Counted from the stretch's first letter, positions 49,101 through 61,115 are shown. The stretch is DNA of 64,000 nt from Neoechinorhynchus agilis (GCA_051530055.1 CM121341.1:14672784-14736783), one strand, 5' to 3'. Numbers and translations: made by a program. Notes: generated by a model from the letters alone, not told the origin.

Positions 49101-51736
49101 TCATTCTGAGAAACTGGGCCTGCTTGTCGTCGCGGCCCTTTCTTTTTCGAATGTTTGATCGACATTTATGGTTGACACTTGCTGAGATTCTGCCGATGGA
49201 TTCACTGGTTGACCGAATGAGGACGAAGTTGGATATACGAATCGCATTAAACACGACGTATTGGGAGACACATTAGTTGGAAACATCATTGTCGAAAGGG
49301 CGGCATCGTATGCTGATGAACCCGACTGCTGTTGTGGCTGTGTAGACTGACTAGCCACTGGTGGTCGCGGTATCCGCCGTCCCAAAGGATTAAGGTTTCT
49401 AGCTCTAATCTGATCTTCCAAACCTGTGATCACTGTAACCGCTTGCTGCAAAATACTCAGCTTCGTTTGAGGGCGATCCGTCCTCACGTGCATCCCGCAC
49501 ATCCGTCCTAATTCTTTAAAGGCATCATTGATGTCCTTAACCCGTAGTCTGGAAAAAATGATGATTATTTTTAAAGGAAACCACAAAATACTAACCTTTC
49601 CCTTGCGTTATTAGCCGCTCGCCGGTTTCGTTCTCGAATTTCTCTCTCCTCGGGTGTTTCACCGGCAACTGGACTACTGTCATTACTCTCTCGGTGATGG
49701 TCACGCCCACCATCTAAGCAACCACTCTTACTTCTACCACTTCGATGACCAAGTGATTCTGGTAGAGGTTTCATGCTTTCAAAAGATCCACCGGCACTTG
49801 TACTATGAGACATAATGGGTGACACTTTAGCTGTCTTTGGGGATCTGTCGGAATTCTCAGGTTCTTGTTTCGTCACCGGACCTGATCTTGCACCCAGAAT
49901 ATGGGTATCAACAACATCAGACGAACTACCCATATTGGTTAAGACTGTGGGATTCTGAAGCTGGACGTGGGCTGCTTGAGAGCCGTAATAACTGGACTTC
50001 ATTTGGTTCTGAGCAGCAGCAACCGCCGCTTCATTTGATGAATCCACGGTGTCCGCCAGTGGTTGTTGGTACATTTGAGCAGGATGTTGCATGTACTGTT
50101 GTGGCAGCATTGTACCAACTTCATCTGGCCTTTGAAGCCCATCATAACCGTTCGGACAGCGATCTAATCTTTTCTAATTTTAAAGAAACAAAAACCGAGC
50201 TTGCATTCGTTTTGAAGCAACCGCTCAGATTATTAAAAATGAGTGATATTAATTAAGTAATCTTTATATTTTCTGATAGGCAATTTTTGTCTTTAAGGGG
50301 ATTTTTCGGCTAAAACCCTTTTCTCCCTTCTTATTTGAAGAATCAAACCCAAGAATGAAAGATGAGCCGCTGTACTAAATCGGAGTGGCATGTGCCTGCC
50401 ATTCTAAACTCGTGATTGGCTTTTTATAATCGCTTAAATAGTTCAATATTACCTGCATCTGGGAGATACATTGGCTGCAACTCATTAGGTCCTCCATATA
50501 ATCCATAGGGTGTTGTTGTTCCGTAAACATCGACTAAAGCTTGTTGTTGTGCATCAATATTTGCAGTTTGGTGGTACATGTAAGGATCGTAGACGAGTGC
50601 GTTAGCCATCGGCATAGTTCCGGAAGGGTCATAATAATCTGTAATAAGCGATTTAGGGGAAAAGATTGAGGTTATGGACACACGGACCTTGATAATACCC
50701 TCCGGTTTGTGCCATATACGCCTGTTGTGCATCATGGTGCTGTTGCTGCTGATGGTCAATTATTGGCGTTTGGAATCTCTGTTGATCGTCTGAGTTGTTT
50801 GGATTCATCATTGCTGCCATTATTTGATGTGTTGCTGATGGGTTATTTGTCGCAGCAGCAGTCATCATTAGCGTTGAGGGTTGTTGCTGATGGAGGTAAA
50901 ACGATGATGGGTTTGCCTGAGCGGTTCCTTCAAATTGAGTGTAAAGATTGGCTGTAGTGTTGGTTGGAACAGCAGCAGCAGCCGCAGCAGATGCAACTGA
51001 ATCATCGAGCGAAGGCGTACCTGATGGGCCATTTGTCGCCACTTTGCCGTAACTTCGATGCATCTGATGGAGATTGTCTTCTGAAAGTGCGTAGGTCTTC
51101 CTAATGGTGTTGGAGGTGTAAGAAACGAGAGCGGAAACGAGAGCATTAGTGGCACCTTCCTACTACAGCGCCGCTGACAGGAGAATCCTGCATTACAAAG
51201 TCGTGTCTTATAGAGGAAAATCACTATGAGGAACGGTGCTCAGGGATTAAAAAACCCGGAGGCTTATCCCCGAAAAACATCTTCAATTTGCTATTAGGTC
51301 CGGACAATGGATGACCTGAAATCATTTTTTAGGGAAGAAAAAACGTTAATAGAGGATTTGAAGTAGAGAAAAAGATTCGATTTCAGGAGGTAGTTAGAAA
51401 GCGTTCATTTCTAAGAGCACTGCGGTCGGGATAAGTGTTTGTGTTTCAGACATAAACTGAGCCTTAGTCTCATTAGTACAAGCCGAATTGTAGAAAGATC
51501 TAAGTGGCAATTGTTCTTCTGCTCAGTATTAGACCCAGAAACCTTCAAATATCGTCTTCAGTAAATCACTAGAGGCTGACCACGAATAGGAAACCCAATG
51601 CTAATATCACAAAAGTGCGGCCAAATTAAGGCTGTAATCAATATTTCCTCGTGGAAAGATCGCTAAGTGAAGAATAAGGACAAAAACCAAAGAGCCACTC
51701 ATTTGTTCCGTCTTTTTCTTCATCCACATCAGACAT
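49101..51736 (-). CDS. da/TCF4: Class I bHLH E-protein (TCF4/TCF3/TCF12/daughterless family)
   Basis: b[13 protein letters not shown]|[17 protein letters not shown]...[28 protein letters not shown] across a short intron; Q/A-rich N-terminal exons. The 5' exon (ATG 51736) is tentative. Confidence 0.88.
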
Positions 51737-52819
51737 CGAAGGCACCTCGTCTTCCGTATTTAAAGTAATTACAATAGAAATCATGAAATACAGTCGATTC
51801 CGAAGGGGGGTTTAATCGGGCCACATCGGGATGCGATCGGTTTGGTCCACTTTAACGGATTTGACGCTCATGTAAATACATTTGTTTCGATGCTTTTAAA
51901 ATTTGACCCTATAACCGACTGGTCCACTTAACCGGATTGGAGTTTAATTTTAAAGCTGCAAGCGAAATCAATAATTTAGTTTTGGTATTTTTGAACTTTC
52001 GAATTGAAAATTTCTAGTCGTTGATATTCGGACCAACCTTTTTTCTTCGTCGAGTGAAACCGACGTCTTCGCTCTCAAAGACGTTTTTGGATTTAATGCG
52101 GTTGATCGGCAAGATCGATTTTTCTGAAGGTGTTAAGCCTTAAAGGTTACCACTATGACCGGGAGATCCGTTCCATTTGCATCTTTCATGGCAGCGCTGA
52201 GTATAGTCGACGGTGCCGAAGATGTGCCATTTTGATAGCGATTATTATTCTTACTTGATGATATTTTGCATTTTTGAAGTACGTAAATATTTAATCCGGT
52301 GATCGGTCTCTATTTCGAACGCCATCTTTATCTTGGCACTTTTTTTCACTATTAAAAGTCAACAATACGGAACACTTTCCACAGAAAGTAAACAACGGTT
52401 TTGTAAAAATTGAAATGTTATGATGGTTAAGGAAAGAGACCTGACAAGCTTAATTTATACCTTGCGAATGAATCCTTATATGTTTGACGAAAAATACATT
52501 CTACACTGCTAGATTATGAAATTATTTTAGGGTAGTATAACACAATGCATTATTAAGTCCAAACGTATTGTTTAAGCGGAGTCACTGCTCCGATTATTTT
52601 GCATTCAATCACTTTAAATCTGAGGGTATTGTTGAGACGATCGCAAAGTCCAACAAGAGTTGCCAGATCTACTGATTTAAGAAGTTTGAAAATAATTTGT
52701 ATCGATATCTGCGTATTAGCTCTATTTTTGAACATCAGATAAATTTTTATCTGTATTAGATTCTTTTTCATTTCAATAAATTAAAAAATAAGCCGTCAAA
52801 TCGACGAAAGCGATGTGGA

Positions 52820-53045
52820 TCGATGCATATCGAGGTTCGTTGCAATAATTCTAACTTCCAATACGTTGATTTTTATATCTTGATACTAATAAGTTGCAAT
52901 CTATGCAAACGATCAAGTTTGGTTGCAATAAAAGAAAAAATCTTATTAATTTAAGACTATTGGATGGGAACAATCTCGATCAACGTCGATCGAGTTTTAT
53001 TGAATGAATTCTAACTTTCAATATGTTCATTTTTATATCTTTCCA
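52820..53045. repeat. Dispersed repeat family Z (inverted counterpart at ~56480-56840)
   Basis: TTCCAATACGTTGATTTTTATATCTTGATACTAATAAG and CTCGATCAACGTCGATCGAG blocks recur reverse-complemented at 56620-56835; internally repeated subunits. Confidence 0.7.
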
Positions 53046-53399
53046 CGAATAAGTGAAGAAGGTACTTTATGTTAAGATCCCGACTGGACGACGTGGCCAG
53101 TCCTGGATCTTTTCTAATTCTTAGTCTGGCGACTTTCGGTTACTTTATAAAATGTTTTCAACCTCTGAATTGCACATTAGAGCGATCTCAACGGTTCATT
53201 AAATGATATGCAGCGGACCGCCCTCGTGGTAATTTGTGATTCTTTAAGTTATTAAATTAAAATCCGATATATTTTCAATATTGTACTTGGAGCAGTGCCA
53301 TAAGTACCTTAGGAACGATTCTGTTTTCCAAGAGAACTAAAATTGTTTTGATTCCGGCCAAGACTATCGACGTGTGAGAGCAGAATAACCATTTAACGA

Positions 53400-53530
53400 C
53401 TTATATTTTAGAACTGATGATGAACCAGACAAGGTTCTAAAGGTTTTTAATAAAAAAATTATTTACCTGGTGAAGACCTCTAAACAATTAGTATAATTAT
53501 TTACCCCGGTACCTCACATATCGACAAACT
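53400..53530 (+). mobile_element. Family A hammerhead mini-element, locus 2 (solo, core mutated)
   Basis: CTGATGA-T-GAACC-agacaa-GGTTC-TAAA-GGTT (53414-53445), with the same downstream TTTACCTGGTGAAGACCTCTAAA...CTCACATATCG. Confidence 0.7.
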
Positions 53531-53905
53531 TGACCCTCATTTCCCGGCAATTCGGCAAATTAAATACAAATTCGAATTGTATAGATCGTTTCTAAAGAGA
53601 AAAAGTGCAAAACTTACAACATAAGACAGGGTCGTTTATGTCTGTGCATCTCCAGCACTGTTCGACAGAATCCACGCATCTACTTGGACTCGTACTTAGA
53701 CAATCAAAGTAACCAAGACGCGAATTGCATGTACCGCAGCATCCACTCGGAAACTTCACGCAGATTCCATTAGAGTCCGCACAGTGATTGCTTGCGTTTG
53801 AAAAACAAGAAACTAAAGTTACCGTCTAGAAATCTATTATACACGATTTTAATACGTACAACAATACTGACTGTCGAAGAAGTCGTTTCGAAGACATGAT
53901 TGGCA

Positions 53906-54588
53906 TCAGTTATCGACTGATCCGCAACCAGGAGATGTATGCCGTACTCCACAGGAAGGGTTGCCGCCACAGTTGCTATCAATTGTACCTTTATTTTTGT
54001 TCAAATGTGAGACAACTTCTGATGTAATGCCAACCACAAAGAGTGCCATATAATTTGGCAGATGGAGAACAGAGTGAAAATGCTCCGTTTTCGGCAAAGA
54101 CTGGGCATGTTAGTGTTTCTCCTGGGCACACTAATATCGCAAAAATACTTGGTTAAGCGATGGCATAGTATTGTGAGTCCTTACAGCATACGAGGGACTT
54201 TTTGATGCACATTGGAACCCCATTTGTTTGGCAGGTGGCGTTTCTGTACAGATAACTATTCTCTTGGGTCTCGCGGATAAAGAGTTAAAAGAAAAGAAAG
54301 CATACAGCAATTTTGAGATCCGACCTGTTGTATATTTGAACAGATTTGTTGAAGACGAGTTTAGGGAACACATGACTCATTAAACGGACGGTCGCAATGG
54401 AAGGTCGAGCTCGGACAAGCTATTTAAAACGGTGATATTTGTGTCGAATTTCGGGTAGGCGACAACTCACAGCAAACAGTATTCTGTGGAATAGTAATAT
54501 TCCTTCCTCCGTACAAGATGCAATCAAATGTCTGTCCAGTAACAACTGTCGTCAGGCAACATAGTGAAATTGTGAAAAAGGTCCTCAT
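53906..54588 (-). CDS. Orphan secreted Cys-rich protein, multi-exon
   Basis: MRTFFTISLCCLTTVVTG signal-like start. Short GT-AG introns join Cys-rich exons (SCPSSTFHC; ATCQTNGVPMCIKKSLVC; LCPGETLTCP...CSPSAKLYGTLC; CGGNPSCG...GCG). The last exon is uncertain. Confidence 0.55.
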
Positions 54589-54899
54589 TCTTTGTTTTAC
54601 TAAAGTAGCAATCTGGGGCGGGATGCATTTAAAATTGTGCAAAACTGACACATCTTCAATGCAGTCATTTGGAGTATAACAGCGGAGAAATCGTGTTTTT
54701 ATTACTATCGAGAATATAAAATTATTGAATGAAAGCACTCTCGGATTCACGATAATAATTCAATGCCCGGATAAGTTTTATATATGTTCAATTATTGCTG
54801 TTTCTCCCGTTTAAAATAGTTGTGTAATCCGTACCGAAATGAAGCCGCTTAGCTCTTTCGAATATCGTTTGAACTCTACGAAATTGGAAAGGGCAAAGC

Positions 54900-55620
54900 G
54901 GTTGTTTGGCGAGCGGGGGATTTGGTGAGCGCTTGATTTGACGAGCGGTTAATTTGACGAGCGAAGGATTAAGCGAGTGGTGGATTTGGCAAGCGGTGGA
55001 TTTGGCGAGCGGAGGATTTGGTGAGCGGAAAATTTGGTGAGCGTCTGATTTGGCGAGCGAGGGTCATTTGGCGAGCGGAGGATTTTGCAGGCGGGAGATT
55101 TGTCGAGTGGGAGATTTGGTGAGCAGAGGATTTTGCGAGCGAGGGTTATTTGGCGAGCGGACGATTTTGCGGGCGGGAGATTTGTCGAGTGGGAGATTTG
55201 GTGGACGGAGGATTTGGCGAGCGAGGACATTTGCCAATCGGGGATTTAGCAATCGGAGAATATGGCGAGCGAGTTATTTTTCGAGTGGAGGATTTTGCGG
55301 GCGGGAGATTTGGCGAGTGAGGACATTTGGCAATCGGGAGATTTGGCAATCGGAGAATATGGCGAGCGTGGCTTATTTGGCGAGTAAAGGATTTTACGGG
55401 CGGGAGATTTGTCGAGTGGAAGGTTTGGTGAGCGGAGGATTTGGCGAGCGAGGCTTATTTGGCGAGCGGGAGTAATTTGGTGAGTGTACAGTGGGGAATT
55501 CGACGAGCGAGGGCATTTGACGAGCGGGGGTTTGGCGAGCGGGGGATTTGGCGGGTGGGGGTTTGTTGAACGGGGGATTTGGCGAACGGGGCAATTGGCG
55601 AGCGGTTGATTTGTCGAGTG
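54900..55620. repeat. Degenerate G-rich minisatellite (TTGGCGAGCG / TTTGTCGAGTG cores with GGAGATT-type spacers)
   Basis: Dozens of ~18-20 nt units, with longer recurring blocks (GATTTTGCGGGCGGGAGATTTGTCGAGTGG at ~55081, 55163, 55390). The short ORFs here are repeat artefacts. Confidence 0.85.
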
Positions 55621-56479
55621 GGGGTGCGCTTATGAACTATGAATCTTGCGACAACCATAACAAATTTTAGAAAATTGAGTTCATTATGCTGATCGATGCT
55701 TGCGCAAAGCTCGTGAATCTTATGAGTATATTCTATAATTTCATGTAGTGTCAGTTGATTTGAGAATTAAAAGCGGCACGAAAATAAAATCTTAAAACGT
55801 CTCAGAGGAAGCAATGGCATCGCACCTGCACAAATCCAAACCTCTACAAAATTTCCATAGCGAAGAACAAGTTGTAAATGCAGAATAGAAGGCAATGTAG
55901 GTGGAGATTTAGAATAAAGCCAAGAGAGTAAATTAAGGAACAGTACCGTTAATAAATGTATCGAGAACACAATGAGAGATGTCGTTTTTTGCTACTATAA
56001 GAAACATGTGAGAATCGAACAGAAAATCACTCAAGCGTTGAAATCCAAAGATCACCATCCAATCACCAAAGAAAGATAATAAAGAAGCTAATCCAACAAA
56101 AAGTCAACTTATATGGACCTCTGGTTCATTCTGCCTGCTTAAAAAAGTTTGGGATTGAATGTTAACATTTTTACATTTCTCGAATTATCACGCAATTTTT
56201 GTCTTAAAATTCAACATCTTATTTTACGTGCTTCCCTAACTTATTCGCTTCAAGACATAAAAAAACTGCTTTTGATCGTATTTTTAGGACATCCCTTCCT
56301 CGGCTTTTTAGTTTTTCCTTTTTGACATGAAGCGACACAGATCCCTTGCATCAGATAAGTGATTGAATCACTTAGACTCTAATGCATACTTTAAAGAGTT
56401 TGTACAACCTTCCGGATTTTCAGGTCAGGCGAAATAAAGAAATATGATTTAATTTTATTAATATTTCGTTAAGAAGTTA

Positions 56480-56840
56480 AAACTATTGCAATAAAACTCG
56501 AACAACGTCGAATCCAATTGTTCTCGTTTATTTCAAGTTTTCAACCAATAAGGTTTTCTCTTTTAAATTCCTCAGCTATTTTAGCGTCAGTTCTTAGTTT
56601 ATTCATACAAGACATAAAAATGAGCATATTGAAAGTTAAAATTCATTCAATAAAACTCGATCAACGTTGATCGAGATTATTATTATTTGTTTCTAGTCTT
56701 AAGTAAATAAGATTTTTTTCTTTAAAATTCTTTAGCTAATTTAACCTGACTACTTAACTTATTAGTATCAAGATATAAAGGTCAACGTATTGGAAGCTAA
56801 AATTATTGCAATCAAACTCGAACAACGTCGATCAAGATCG
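56480..56840. repeat. Dispersed repeat family Z, inverted copy
   Basis: Reverse complement of blocks at 52820-53045; contains the perfect 20-bp palindrome CTCGATCAACGTTGATCGAG at 56656-56675. Confidence 0.7.
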
Positions 56841-56901
56841 TAATCCTAGGACGTTAGGGGAACTCATTTTTTTTTATTTATAACACCCTTATCGATCATG
56901 T

Positions 56902-58106
56902 TCAGTCCACGATCCATCTCTCGATCCATAGATCTAAACGGGCGTTATTCTCTTCATCGAATGATTCTCCGGTTTTCTTAACGTAGCCTTTAACGGCCTT
57001 AACTTTTAGTTTATCCAATTTTCCCCGGAGCTTCGGTTTCTTTTGCAAGATATCAAAAACAATCTCTTTCATAAGTTTTCTGGTTGATTTCTTTTTTACA
57101 GTTTCCACTCCACCATTTTGACCATTAACTAAATCTACATTTTTACCATCCTCTTCGTTATCACCGGGTCCAAACACGGTCTCTACTTTATTCTCGAGTG
57201 CACTCTTCCCTTCTGGAATCTGGGGTGTCCGAGCAGCATCCTCGATGAAATTCCAACATTTCTCGATGTCGGCCATGGAGTAACCGCGGATGCTGTTCCG
57301 GACAAAGTTTACGTACTTGGATTTTTTCCTCGGAGTATTTGGATAAAATCAACAAATCATTATGAGAAAAGATAAATGTTCCAAGAGTACAAAAACCTCC
57401 TCGAAAAAAGTCCAAAAAATCTTGGATCAAAGTAAATTTCCAAATGTCTATATGTGAGGATTAGAAGTGTCATCTAGAAGTCTTCAACCGATAAAGAACT
57501 TTTATTTAGAACGTTTCGAACCTCGTCGGGTTTATCATCAGTTTGTTAGTTATTGAAATAGTCTTAAGCGTTAATAAAAAATTCTTTACCGGCTGAAGAC
57601 ACCTTTCTGAGATTGAATAAAAATTTCCCGTTTAATTTTTACAGCGTCTTTTAGTAACAAACTGATGATGAACTCGACGAGATTCGAAAAGTCTTTAAAA
57701 AAACTTTACCGAGTGAAGATTCCTAAATAGAACTTCTAAGTGTAAATTTGCTTCCGAGCGCAAATGAGTAGTTGACAGAGTAATCGGAAAGGGCGGAAAG
57801 GAGTCGTTTGCAGCTTACAGGAGCACTCTCCTCTGCCATATTCACTGCACGGCTCACAATTCCGAACCAGTTTGATTGTTTTTGTTGATTTTTGGACATT
57901 TCGATTTTGGAGTTTCTATTGAGAGGGCCATACTTCTGCTCTTCTTTAAGACATTCACAATGAAGCTTATAATCATTATCCGTGAACTCCTTTCCGCAAC
58001 CAATGCATGAAAGCGTTGATTTCCTACACTTTAACCGTCCCAAATGACCATCGACCTGTTTTTTCTTTAACGTCTCACCACACGATCCACAGGAAAAGGA
58101 GACCAT
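56902..58106 (-). CDS. LYAR: LYAR nucleolar zinc-finger protein
   Basis: MVSFSCGSCGETLKKKQVDGHL...LSCIGCGKEF...YKLHCECLKEEQKYG tandem C2HC fingers, then PNTPRKKSKYVNFVRNS and a Lys-rich tail. The intron junction is unresolved (see findings). Confidence 0.85.
57440..57730. mobile_element. Family A hammerhead mini-element, locus 3 (inverted pair), in the LYAR intron
   Basis: Minus copy CTGATGA-T-AAACC-cgacga-GGTTC-GAAA-CGTT (57541-57510), plus copy CTGATGA-T-GAACTC-gac-GAGATTC-GAAA-AGTC (57662-57693), and a partial plus-strand tail at ~57570-57600. Confidence 0.75.
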
Positions 58107-58534
58107 AATTTATGAATGCGAATCTCCCGTCGAGTAGACGAAAACGAAGACAATTTGCGGTTCTTTCTTGCCTTCGACGATGCGAGGACATTGTGAGAAG
58201 TCAAGGAAGAGGTTAATCTTTAGTTTTTCCACTGACCTCTTAAACATACATTCAATATAGCAGAAAACAGGATGACTGGTTGTCGCTGACTTCGGTGGCG
58301 AAGTCCAATGAAATCAAAGCGTTCGAAGGCAACAAAATCAGTTTGGTATCGTATGTTTTTGTTCTATCTGTCACTGGAGTTTATTCGCCGTTCACAATTT
58401 ATCGATGATAAATGCTCATTAAACGTTGTTTATCCGCGAATTAATTGTGACCGGACACCACTCCGATACGAGATTTTTGAGGATAACCGAAACCCCGTTG
58501 GGAAGTATTCTAAGAAAAACGAAATTACGGTGGA

Positions 58535-58650
58535 ATTGTCGATATGTGCGATACCGAGGTATATGATTAGAATTATTGTTTAGGTCTTCACCCAGTAAAT
58601 AATTTTTTTTATTAAAAACGTTCTGCGAACCTCGTCTGTTTCATCATCAG
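58535..58650 (-). mobile_element. Family A hammerhead mini-element, locus 4 (solo, core mutated)
   Basis: Reverse complement reads CTGATGATGAAACAGACGAGGTTCGCAGAACGTTTTTAATAAAAAAAATTATTTACTGGGTGAAGACCTAAAC...CACATATCGAC, matching loci 1-3. Confidence 0.7.
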
Positions 58651-59340
58651 GTTGCTTGAGCTTTTTCGCTGCGAAGTCTCGGATACTCTTCTAGCAACAG
58701 AGGTTGAGTAAAGCATCAATCCGGATAATTGCCGTTCGGATAATCGTCGTTCCACTGCAATATTTAGTCTTAATGTCAAATCCATGATAGTCTGTTTTTT
58801 AGCATCGTATTACGAAAATTCTCATCTTTATTGAATTATTCGTTAACTCTTTAGCTTCGTTCGTGTAAAAAAATCTTCAGTAGTTTTTCGAAGCTTATCA
58901 TCGAAAATTCCCTAAGTTGTCTCATTGAAACGGTCACGAAATTCGCTTCCTATACCTTAGATGCAATTCAGTTTTGTCCCATTTCAAGGAGGCTTAAAAA
59001 CCGGTTTTATCTTTTATCCACAAACCCATCTCGGATCATCACGCTGTGTCCATTCGACATTCCGTTTGAATACACACCATTTTACTCATAAAGAGCAGGG
59101 CTCTTTCATGAAATAAGGTGTTCATTCGCTTTATTAAAGATTTTGCGATTTATAGCTTTCACTAAAAGAAAATCCGCACTTTGGTTCACCTGAATTTTAT
59201 TAAATGGATCCCTACTTCATTGTAAAGACTTAAGCGCGAATCACAGAACAGAAGGAACAAGCTGTCGCGAAGTTACACCATATTTTTTGATCGCCGTTTA
59301 GTTCAAATTTAAAAACATAAATTTTAGATTTGATTCAAAG

Positions 59341-60640
59341 ATGTTGTTCTTGGTGCTACCGTTCATTTTTGCCAATGTACTAAATGGAGACGAACAGTTT
59401 GACCGCTTAAACCCGGAGCAATTTGACACTTTACTCTCATCTTCCGAAACGCCACTCCATCTCGTTTATTTGTACAAGTCGAAGGTAGAATCAGAAAAAG
59501 TTATAAAAGAAGTATCTCGTGGATTGTGCGGCTTCGCTCAATTAGCTGTTTTTGACTTGGATGAATGCAAACAGAATTGTAACTGAAAAGGTGACATTGT
59601 GGCTGAAGACTAAAATTGAGTGGCACCTTTTCATCGATAAATCATTATCCATTCGGGATGAAGGATTTTATGTCATATTTAAAGGTCAAAACGCTAAATT
59701 CCCATTGGAAACATCAGCAGAGAATCTCCTTGAGTTTGTGTTTGACCAAAGCCGTAAATTTGCGTTGAAACAAGCTGGAATAAAAAAGAATTTCGGAAAG
59801 ATGATTGATCTCACAGATAAGACATTTGACAGAGAAATCAAACAATCTCCTCCTGGTACTATGTGGTTCGTTGAGTTCTTCGCTCCGTGGTGTGGACATT
59901 GCCAACGCTTAGCGCCAGAATGGAAACGAGCAGCCTCCTTAGTAGCCGAGAAGACCGACAAAGCAAGACTTGCGGCGGTCGATGCAACTAAGGAACATAG
60001 CGTGACGGGCAGGTATCGGATCCAAGGTTTCCCTACAATTAAGATATTCGGTCAGGATAATCCCAATGTGCCCCGTGGAGACTACGAAGGTCCTCGCTCT
60101 GCTGAAGGCATTCGAGATTGGATTGTGAATTACGTAGGCCAAAATGTTCCGCCTAAAATCCCAGAAGTCCTAGAACTTACCTCGCAAGAAATGTTCGACC
60201 AAGAATGTAAAGCAAAGACAATCTGTGTGATCGCTTTCCTTCCCGATCTCCTCGATTGTCAATCGGAATGTAGAAACAATTATTTGAGATTGTTGAAAGG
60301 TTCTGCACAAAAATACGCTAGGCAGGAATGGGGATGGTTGTGGTCCAGTGCTCTTTCACATTCAAAACTTGAAGATATTCTCGAGGTAGGCGGAAGTGGA
60401 TTTCCTGCCATGGTTGCTCTTGCAAGCAAGAAAAAAGCGTATGCGACATTCAGAGGGGCGTTCAGTGAGAGTGGCGTAGATGAATTCCTTAGAGATTTAT
60501 CTTATGGCCGCGGAGTTAGTGGAGAAATCAAGAAAGAGGTAGATAATCTTACAAAAGTCTCAGAATGGGACGGGAAAGACGCTACGATGCCCGTTCAAGA
60601 ATCTGACGAAATTCAAACCGATGAACACTCGGAGTTGTGA
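59341..60640 (+). CDS. PDIA6: Protein disulfide isomerase A6 (P5)-like
   Basis: Signal peptide, degenerate first thioredoxin fold, WFVEFFAPWCGHCQRLAPEWKRAA, IQGFPTIKIF, DYEGPRSAEGI, b domain (ICVIAFLPDLLDC, WGWLWS, GGSGFPAM, FLRDLSYGRG), ER-retention-like HSEL. Confidence 0.9.
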
Positions 60641-61115
60641 AAAAATCTTCTCTACGGATTACAGTGCCATTTCGGCGATTCTTTTAAATTGATCTTTCAC
60701 GTCTTTTTGTTCCTCAAGAATCGGTTATTATTTTCGAATCGGTTTTGTAATTGGGTCTTCTTAATCTCCAGCAACGACATGATGCTCACTAGGAGATTAT
60801 TTTAATTTCCTCGGCATCGTTTTACTTTTGCTCTTATAAACTAACCCTCAAAAACCGCGTTTTTCATTCTGACATCTTTGTGGACCGGCCAATCGTAAAA
60901 AAATTCGTGATGATTATTATGTGTTTTTTTTGCACAAGTCTTATTGTAAATCACAAAGAAGGCTGGATATATTGGAGGATGAGAATTCCGAGTAAGATAT
61001 AGAGAATTTTTATTTTTTGAGTGCAAACCTTTTAGTATAAAAATTAATGGGGCGTTTATGAAAAAAAGTTGAAAACATATTTTATGTCGTCGGAATCTGA
61101 GTACAATTGTCGTTA

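Noticed and set aside
54949-55658. SP/RS-rich and GE-rich ORFs listed in the track
   Set aside because: Translations of a stop-poor minisatellite in several frames, with no start context.
58308-58583. 91-aa plus-strand ORF, and exon-like minus-strand frames at 58650-59100
   Set aside because: The ORF runs into the family A repeat, and no consistent splice model could be built for the minus-strand frames.
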